Positions 54,900-64,000 of a DNA stretch of 64,000 nt are shown here, piece after piece. A model generated the notes under the pieces. It saw only the letters and a list, made by a program, of their open reading frames with translations. It did not search any database and was not told where the DNA came from. Position 1 is the stretch's first letter, and every line of letters starts with the position of its first letter. Where the stretch lies: assembly GCA_951406725.2 (NCBI GenBank), contig OX597816.1, forward strand, positions 171,802,001-171,866,000. Direction: 5' to 3'. The stretch comes from Octopus vulgaris (taxonomy: Eukaryota). The translations under genes and the position numbers were made by a program.

Positions 54900-56975
54900 T
54901 ACACATCTATGAGACCAAGAAGAAGCCTAAAAGACCATAAGGAAAACTTCCAAGACAACCCATCGGTAAAACTTATATGCGTATCTAAATCGAATATAGG
55001 TATGATTAGAAGGCTATACTAGATAGGATAATACTTAAATTAAAAATGTGAAACCAAACTCAAATTGTGGTCTGAAACCAATGAAATTATCGCATGATTT
55101 AAAATCCTAGGGAAGAAAAACAAGACCAATATTGTGCAGTTAAAAATGTTGAACTACTACCAGTTCATAAACCCTGTTCTACTAAACAAAGCATTATCAT
55201 TTGCTAAAACCAACTCCGACCTCACTGGGGAAGATATAGTTTTGGCGGCTAGGAGCACTATAATAGAATATGGAGGTAAACTCTGTACTCGATCAGACAG
55301 CGTTGATGCATTCGATATAAGAATGGCGTCTACCGATTCCGCGCAAGTGACGGATACAGAAGGCATATACCTATTATCGAAAATAGAATCTTGGCTCCAG
55401 AATATAGGGTGGAGGATTATATAGAGACAAGGCTTTATTCACTATACAAAAAAGTAGCAACGTAGAAATAGAAAGATGCGAGAAAAACTTTTTTTAATTC
55501 TTTTGAAAGTTGAGTTTGGAAAAAAATCACCGAGTGGTAAATTTCGTAGGCGTAAAGCTTAGCCTCGTCGATAGGTCAGGAATTCTTTGCAGCATTAGAT
55601 AGGCACTTCCTAAGATCTTCCAAATATAACAAAATCATCAACAGACGTAATGTTAAATTAGCACTCGCGACCTCTCACAATCTAGAATACCACACACACA
55701 AACTAAACAATACAAAACTAAATACAATAAAACTGGAGGGGTACACGAAGCAGTCGCGACTAATAACAATGTATACGACGATAAAATGGTTGCAAATAGG
55801 GGTAATAAAAGTTCATCAGTAGCAAAAATGGATCCAAACAACACCACACAATCGACAGTCCAGCCCATACATAAGGGAACTGAGCACACGATTACAAGAG
55901 AAAGAATAAAGAGGACCACTAGTAGTAACTCCGCTGGGAGAACTGAAAAAAATAATATTTTATGTAACTACAGACGTAAAGACGAATACAGATTAAATAA
56001 CAACTGCATAGTAAAGAATATAGTTTACAAATGTGAAGTGAAGGCAAGTACACAGAAATACGTGTACATTGGTGGCACCGGAGACACCATGAAAAATCGT
56101 CTGCGTAACTATCTTACATCATTTTCCAATATACATAAAAGACACTCCACATCACTATCAAACATCGTCTGGAAGCTCAAAGAGAATGGAGTGGAGCATA
56201 CGATCCACTGGACCATTATAGAAAAAATGCTGCATCATACAACAGAACATCACGTGCATGTAACTTATGCCTAGAAAATCTCTAGAAATCATCATATCCA
56301 GTTGAAACGTTATAAGACACTCAGATTTGATTATTTCATGTAAACATAAAAGCAAAACATCCTTTGCGAAATTTTAAAAAATATTTTGAAACAGAATAAC
56401 ATCAAATGGAATTAGCATATTATAGAACAATGAAAGCACACAAACAAACAGACCAACAAATATTTAAGATGCTATACACTATATCAACAGAAACAATTAA
56501 ACGGTAACCCAACAAAAGTATCATTTATCAGTTCAGATAATAAACCCCAACAGCTGATGACTGTAGTGGCTGTACCAAGCTGTTTAATTCAGAATTTATT
56601 GAAGTTGTCATGCCTTAAATGAGAAAGAACAAAGGAATACTTGACATCAGTAGACTGAATAGTAAAATAAGTCCAACATCACCACACATACCTCCATCTC
56701 CATATAATTACCATTCATTCCTCTCTTTCCCACCAAAATGCACGCAGAGATTCATAATTCAATCAACTAGTCAAAAGGGATAAGTATCTCTCTGTTAAAT
56801 ATCCACTAATGTTATATCGCCTGAAGAAATGAACCCATGAAGATATAAACCCGATGCCCACAGATATTCTACGGACTGTAATCATCATAGAAAAACAGAC
56901 TGTGGTCTTAAAAGACATGCGATTCGTGAAAACGCGCGTAGCGATGCATTGAAGGACTATAAATTCCAGTCAAGG
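54900..56975 (+). mobile_element. PLE (Naiad/Chlamys-like) remnant with RT, GIY-YIG and 3' pLTR HHR
   Basis: LKDHKENF..SKSNIG, LLNKALSFAK, FDIRMASTDSAQVTD..GIYLL, GLYRD., CN.RRK..LNNNC..NIVYKC..YVYIGGT..TSLSNIVWKLK..IHWTII and CNLCLE. Multiple frameshifts. Confidence 0.9.
56816..56945 (+). ncRNA. Type-I hammerhead ribozyme with ~90-nt stem II insertion
   Basis: atcgc CTGAAGA a atgaa...ttcgt GAAA a cgcgcg TA gcgat: perfect 5-bp stem I, palindromic stem III, GUA site. Confidence 0.72.
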
Positions 56976-57208
56976 ATTATTGCTATTATTACTACACGCG
57001 CACACACACACACACACTCACACACACACTCACACACACATATTACATGTCATTACCCAGTAATTTCCCAGTGAGAGAGAACTAATAAAATTGGATCCAA
57101 ATAGTATTGTTAACGTTTTAGTGCCTCTTGTAAACACGATCAGTATATTTTTTATGTTGCTTTTTAGCTTTACAGTTTATTCATTTATTTCTTTGTTTGT
57201 TTGTTTGT

Positions 57209-57255
<47 letters not shown>

Positions 57256-57339
57256 TTTTACAACAGAAGACAACTAGTCAGACACTATGACATTCAAAAA
57301 TAAAAATGTTCTGTTGAAAGATGTGTGTAAGTGAAACGG

Positions 57340-57350
57340 GTGTATGTGAA

Positions 57351-57420
<70 letters not shown>

Positions 57421-57439
57421 TGTGTATGTGTGTGTGCGT

Positions 57440-57508
<69 letters not shown>

Positions 57509-57517
57509 TGTGTGCGT

Positions 57518-57591
<74 letters not shown>

Positions 57592-57610
57592 GTATGTGTG
57601 TGTGTGTGTA

Positions 57611-57642
<32 letters not shown>

Positions 57643-57730
57643 TGTGTGTGTATGTGTGTATGTGTGTGTGTATGTGTGTGTGTATGTGTGTGTGTATGTT
57701 TGTTTGTGTGTGCGTGTGTGTGTGTGTGTG
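57340..57730. repeat. (TG)n imperfect microsatellite
   Basis: Read directly from the sequence. Confidence 0.96.
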
Positions 57731-58301
57731 TTGTTTGCCTTTTGTTTTATACAAAAGCTTCAGCCTCTTTGTCTGTTGTGTAATTAACAATCTAGAAGGT
57801 CAAGACCACTTTCCGAAGGATATCTTGCCGTCTCTTTGACTATTTCGTCTGAAAGGAAATGGTGTCTCATCAAAAATGACGACAAAAATAAATACACAAA
57901 CACGAACAAAAACAACAGCACTATATATAAACACATAAGCCTTAGCATCGACGCTCGACCAAATGGAAATCCTTACATGCCACACCCCTATTGTTTTAAA
58001 AGATGAAGTGATACCATTCAATACAGTAGTCCTAGATACTCTTAAAAAGGGACAGGATGGTCGCAGCGGAAATGCTTTCTCTTTCAGTTCTGCCAAGTCA
58101 TGCCAGGCCATGATGCTAAAACAAGAGTTTAAGATTCTATGTAACAGCATGGCCGGAAATGTTTGCCAAATCTCTCTCATGTCGTAAACGAACAAGAATA
58201 AATTGGCTATTGTAGTCTCAGATGTACTATACCCGAAAATATTGTGGAATGGTCATGTCAGAAGGTTGTTCCCAAAGGTCTGTCCGACCAAGGTTGAACT
58301 G

Positions 58302-58305
<4 letters not shown>

Positions 58306-58337
<32 letters not shown>

Positions 58338-58344
58338 AATAATG

Positions 58345-58411
<67 letters not shown>

Positions 58412-58451
58412 TAATAATAACAACAACAACAACAACAACAATTACAACAAC

Positions 58452-58520
<69 letters not shown>
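58306..58520. repeat. (TAAA)n(TAA)n(CAA)n microsatellite
   Basis: Read directly from the sequence. Confidence 0.95.
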
Positions 58521-59535
58521 TGCCCTGATGCAGTAAAATGCCCTGATGTAGTACCAGACAGTGGCTTTCATGGCTTCTGATCGTAACTGATTAGAAGTAT
58601 TATCATGTACATTGTTTTGTCTTGGTATAAAAGATGGGCTACAGCAAATATTCTGCTCAATACCACAGATTTGCTTGTCAGTTGTTTGACCTTAACCAGT
58701 TGAGCATGTCCCTTAGTGGCTGAGATATGTGCATCTCTGATCACGAGCAGAAGTAGTGGGGGAGCATCATAGCCATGTGTTGAGAGGGATTCTTTGGGGT
58801 TTGAATAATTCACCTCTGGAAACATGGGTGTTTCATTCAACATCCTTAAACAACCATTATTCAGGGACCTTTTGAGCAGGATGGGTTACTCGACCTGAAG
58901 AGAATTCTAAGTGCAAGGTCATGTGCTGCTTATCTTGACATGGGATCACCATGTCGCGCACATATGGTTGTGATGCATGTGCCTAGTGTACCCTTATCAG
59001 ACGGGTAGTCATGATGGGTATACTGGGCTTCGTATATTTTACCCCAGTGTCACTTTGATGGCATGCACTGCTCTCTCACTCAATAATAATAATAATAATA
59101 ATAATAATGCCCTGATGCAGTATTAGGTAGTGGCTCTCATGGCTTCTGAATTTCACTAGTTGGAAGTATTATCGTTTTGTCTTGGTATAAAAGATTTGCT
59201 TGTCAGTTGTTTGACCTTAAACCAGTTGAGCATGTCCCTTAGTGGCTGACGATAAGTGCATCTCTGATCACAAGCAGAAGTAGTGGAGGAGCATCATAGC
59301 CATGTGTTGGTTCTTTGGGCTTTGAAATATGGGTGTTTTGTTCAACTTCCTTAAACAACCCATATTCAGGGACCTTTTGAGCAGGATGGGCTACTCGACC
59401 TGAAGAAAATCTAACTGGATTCCACCTACAAGGTCATGCGCAGTTTATCTTGACGTGAGATCACGCACATATGGTTGTGAAGCATGTGCCTGGTGTACCC
59501 TTATCAGACGGGTAGACATGATGGGTATACTGGGT
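58521..59535 (+). mobile_element. Two tandem copies of a ~560-bp non-coding (TAA)n-tailed element in (TAA)n
   Basis: 58521-59083 and 59108-59535 both start with tgccctgatgcagta directly after (taa)n. A third 3' fragment lies at 39015-39131. Confidence 0.82.
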
Positions 59536-59575
59536 GTGTGTATGGGGGGGGGGGTGTTGGGGGGTGTGTGTGTGT

Positions 59576-60890
59576 ATTATATAACAAAACAGGAAGCCGG
59601 AAAATTTTTTTGGTATTATTCACCATTACACATGTTTCATTTGTTAATAGGAATCACAGAATTGTACATGTAAGAAATGCCCTATTAGAAGTTCTTCAAA
59701 GAGAGAATCAAGTAATATTATTTGATTCTCTGTCTGAAGAATTTCTAATAGGAATTTTCTTACATGTGTAACGACGGGATTTACTGTGAAGATGCATCGG
59801 AGAAATGAACGAAGAACAATATTTGCTCTATTATTAACTAGCAGTATCGCCCGGCGTTGCTCGGGTTTGTAAGGGAAATAACTATATAAGCACTTTTAGA
59901 GATGTAAAGTATAATAGCCATCTCAATATGGCTAACCACAAAGGTGGGGGGTTACTGTAGCTTTTTACGTTCTGAGATTTAATAATAAATTTTTAGAGAG
60001 TTACTTCCCTTATATATGCCAAAAATGCATTAAAAATGGGAAAAATTGATGATAAATTTTTTTTTTAATCGTAGGCTCATCGTAGACGCGTGCTAATACC
60101 CAGAAGGGCTCGATATGAATCATGACTATAAGATACCCGGTTTTGGTTAAACTGCACCGCAAAATGTGGGAGTAGTTAGGAATCTAAATCGTAGGAGACA
60201 GACAGCACACAACCTCACTTTTATATATAAAGATTAATATAGCCATATGATATTAGTCGTTAGAATAAATGTATATCGTCGAGTTGTTTGTAGATTTCCA
60301 GTCCATTTTGCCTGATAGTTGTTTCATCTCTGGGGCAGCTAACGTGACAGACAGGGTAAGAGGAACGTCTGCAATTAGATAGAGTAACAGCTGTAGTTTC
60401 GTGCTCACGACAGAACATACCTGAGGTGATGAAGACAGCCATGCTTATTGGTAGGCGCCGAATCACCAAAAGAGAATGAGAGCACTTTGGCTTGTGTATT
60501 TATATTTTTGCTAATTTATTTAGGTCAACCGAGAACGAATACTACTGCTATATCAGATTCTACTTCTGTATCAGATTTGACACGTGAATGTCCCGTAAAA
60601 GGTCTGAGAGGTCGGATCATTCTCTTTGAAAGGCTAAGACAATGGACCGAGGACTTGTTTGACAATGTGGGAAAATATAGATTCACTTTTGAATTCTTCG
60701 TCGCACATGTTTATCCAACATGTACGATTTTGTGGTTCCTATTAACAAATGAAACGTGTAATAGTGAATAAATAGTACCAAAAATATTTTCCACTTACCT
60801 GTTTTGTTGTATAATGACTCCGTAAACAATATTTCCAGAATTTTCAATTCCAATATCTTCCTCACATCAATACAACAATGACATCTGAAA
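59576..60890 (+). mobile_element. Fold-back element E: ~95-bp diverged inverted arms ~1.05 kb apart, with a nested Helitron
   Basis: 59576-59671 matches the reverse complement of 60718-60815. The arms carry GAAA c(a/g)tg..TA half-HHRs. An extra hairpin lies at 59666-59767. Confidence 0.65.
59838..60233 (-). mobile_element. Non-autonomous Helitron with a distinct ~95-bp internal segment
   Basis: Family termini TC...hairpin CTAG. Confidence 0.9.
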
Positions 60891-61032
60891 TAAGCAGACG
60901 TGCTTCAAGAGGACACAGTTTGGATTTTTCCCTACCTAGATTATGTGTGTGTGTGTGTGTGGAGGTGCAGTGGCCCAGTAGACGGCGACGAGCTGGTAGA
61001 ATCGTTAGGCGACCGGACGAAATGCTTATTGT

Positions 61033-61410
61033 GGAGGCGTTATGGCCCAGTGGTTAGGGCAGCGGACTCGCGGTCATAGGATCGCGGTTTCGGTTCCTAC
61101 ACCGGGCGTTGTAGATGTTTATTGAGCGAAAACACTTAAAGCTTCACGAGGCTCCGACAGGTCATCGGGTGGTGAACCCTGCTGTACTCTTTCACCACAA
61201 CTTTCTCTTACTCTTTCTTGCTCTTTCTGTTGTACCTGTATTTCAAAGAGCCAGCCTTGTCACACTCTGTCACGCTGAATCGCCCCGAGAACTACGTTAA
61301 CGGCACACGTGTCTGAGGAGTGCTCAGCCACTTCCACGTTAATTTCACGAGCAGGTTGTTCCGTTCATTGGATCCACTGGAACCCGTGTCGTCGTAACCG
61401 ACGGAGTGCC
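61033..61410 (+). mobile_element. SINE family 2, diverged (preceded by short family 2 and family 3 head pieces at 60961-61030)
   Basis: Matches 9149-9537. Confidence 0.88.
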
Positions 61411-61930
61411 CTATATATATTTCTATCCAGAGGTATAAAGAACTCAATACACAAATGTAGAATAGGTTATGAATTTTATTCTAAGCTGGAGTTAAGTAGA
61501 TTGGGACTGTTAATTACACGTTTTGTCAGATTTGAGGCAATTAATTTAATAAATGATAGGACTTCATGTCTATAAACTCTATCTTGTAATTCATTGTCCG
61601 ACAACAAATAGTTTTGTTAACGGGTTTGTTTAACAGTTTTTGCAGCTTGTATAAGTAAAAAGTTGTCTCGTTTATATAAATGATTGCTTGAAAATCATTA
61701 AAATTTGATAGTCCTGATGTATGGAGTTTGTAAGCTTAAAACTGTATGTGCTTGTGTGCATGTGCGCGTGCTCGTGAGAGAGAGGGAGTGTGTGCGAGAG
61801 GAGAAAGAGAGAGACAGAGGGAAAGAAGAGAGAGACACAGCGTACAGGTTTCAAATTTGTTGTGAGGTATTCGACCTCACAACCTCACGATCGTAAGCTC
61901 GACGCTCTAACCACTGAGCCATGCGCCTTC

Positions 61931-62429
<499 letters not shown>

Positions 62430-62566
62430 GTATGTATGTATATAAATTCACACATATATATACCCATACATATAAATATATATGTATATATGTATACACG
62501 CGCGCGCACGCGCACGCGCACACACACATGGAAGACGGAAGATAGAAGGATACGAGAATATTTATT

Positions 62567-62666
62567 GATCACTACAATCGTTTCGACACATCTAGCATCG
62601 ATCCCTCACGGGTGGGATACTTAACAACTGATTCAGGAGCATCCGACGTGTCTCTTCATCCCGATG
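62567..62666 (-). ncRNA. Degenerate hammerhead with extended stem II
   Basis: ..gATGAAGA gacacgtc...gatgtgtc GAAA cgattg TA gtgat. C3 is altered and stem I is imperfect. Confidence 0.45.
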
Positions 62667-63269
62667 AAGAACCAATGAATCGAGGTCTTTGCTACAACGG
62701 TGTTACAGAAAGGTATCAGGAAGAAAACCTGGAGTCAGCTTAAAGGAATTGATGATTTGAATACTATAGAAAATCAAAAGTTGCATATGGAAAGTAAAAA
62801 CTGTAAATCCGTAGGAGCTAAATGGAATGAAACAAGAAAAATGCCAGAGAAACGGGAAACTATGGAAAGTATCAGTTCTCTGCAAGGCGATAAGACAACA
62901 TCCTTTTATATATATATATATATAACCATTTGTGTACAGGGTAGCTTTTGCAACAACAGGTATCTTTAGAAATATTGGTCATGTAAAGATGATGCTATTA
63001 CAAATGTTTTGTAGTTTTTTTTACTTACTATATCCTTAGAAATTAAAATAAACGAAGTAACTAATCCATTTCTATATCATATTTTTCCTTACATACGTCG
63101 CCTAAAAGGGAACCTGATTCTTCTTTTTTATCAAAAACTTTATCGCTATCATAACAACCGCTAACAACAATACGATATTGGTGGTCCGTATGACTGAAAT
63201 GTTCTAAACAGCTACAGTCAGCTTGGTGTATTAATAACCATTTACCTATACTTCATATAAAATCACAAA

Positions 63270-63689
63270 TAGGCGCAGGAGTGGCTGTGTGGTAAGTAGC
63301 TTGCTAACCAACCACATGGTTCCGGGTTCAGTCCCACTGCGTGGCATCTTGGGCAAGTGTCTTCTGTTATAGCCCCGGGCCGACCAATGCCTTGTCAGTG
63401 GATTTGGTAGACGGAAACTGAAAGAAGCCCGTCGTATATATGTATATATATATGTATGTGTGAGTGTGTGTTTGTGTGTCTGTGTTTGTCCCCCTAGCAT
63501 TGCTTGACAACTGATGCTGGTGTGTTTACGTCCCTGTCACTTAGCGGTTCGGCAAAAGAGACCGATAGAATAAGTACTGGGCTTACAAAGAATAAGTACC
63601 GGGGTCGATTTGCTCGACTAAAGGCGGTGCCCCAGCATGGCCGCAGTCAAATGACTGAAACAAGTAAAAGAGTAAAAGAGTAAAGAGTA
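63270..63689 (+). mobile_element. SINE family 1, full length
   Basis: Matches the family consensus. Confidence 0.93.
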
Positions 63690-64000
63690 TACCAAAATGC
63701 AACCACCAGCAAAAAGGAGAAAATTGAAAGTTATAGCAGCAGCCAAGAAGAGTTCGAACAACTGTGTTGCTGCTAGAACATCCGATGTTACCGAGAAGAT
63801 TGGTACGAGATTGGAGGAAGAATGGGGAAAAATTAAGAGAAATGTCCAAACAAAAATGAGCAATGAGGAGAGGAAGCAGTCGTTGACCGAAATTGGAAAA
63901 TTATGTAGTAGAATGGATACTCCAGCAGGGACAGGATGGCTACATTGTAACACGGAATAAAATAAGATCTTATGCCCTAAAATGGGCTAAATCATATAAA

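Noticed and set aside
63697-63960. 87-aa ORF with NLS-like PPAKRRK
   Set aside because: No recognisable domain, it starts right after a SINE tail, and it sits at the window edge. It cannot be supported without a search.

Overview
This is repeat-saturated eukaryotic (animal) DNA, not prokaryotic. The SINE types and microsatellite load suggest a coleoid cephalopod such as Octopus; this is an inference, not checked by search. I find no supportable host gene, rRNA, tRNA gene or CRISPR array, and most ORFs in the track are translations of microsatellites or SINEs. Retroelements: four tRNA-headed SINE families (about 30 copies), 5'-truncated LINE remnants (RTE, CR1-like, R4/Dong, L1/Tx1-like) and at least three Penelope-like element (PLE) remnants of the Naiad/Chlamys type (RT and/or GIY-YIG). 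DNA elements: a Helitron Rep pseudogene, six non-autonomous Helitrons and three MITEs. The most striking signal is about a dozen minimal type-I hammerhead ribozyme (HHR) motifs, some intact and some decayed. Each of the three PLE endonuclease remnants has one downstream. Others lie in short non-coding elements nested in (TA)n tracts. Several of these elements share one asymmetric fold-back layout, (TA)n-arm-spacer-inverted arm-tail-(TA)n, despite unrelated sequence. Some HHRs carry very long stem II insertions, and a local tandem duplication supplies a natural empty-site control. This suggests a microsatellite-nesting, ribozyme-bearing PLE/retrozyme-like system. Coordinates were read by eye and may be off by a few bases.
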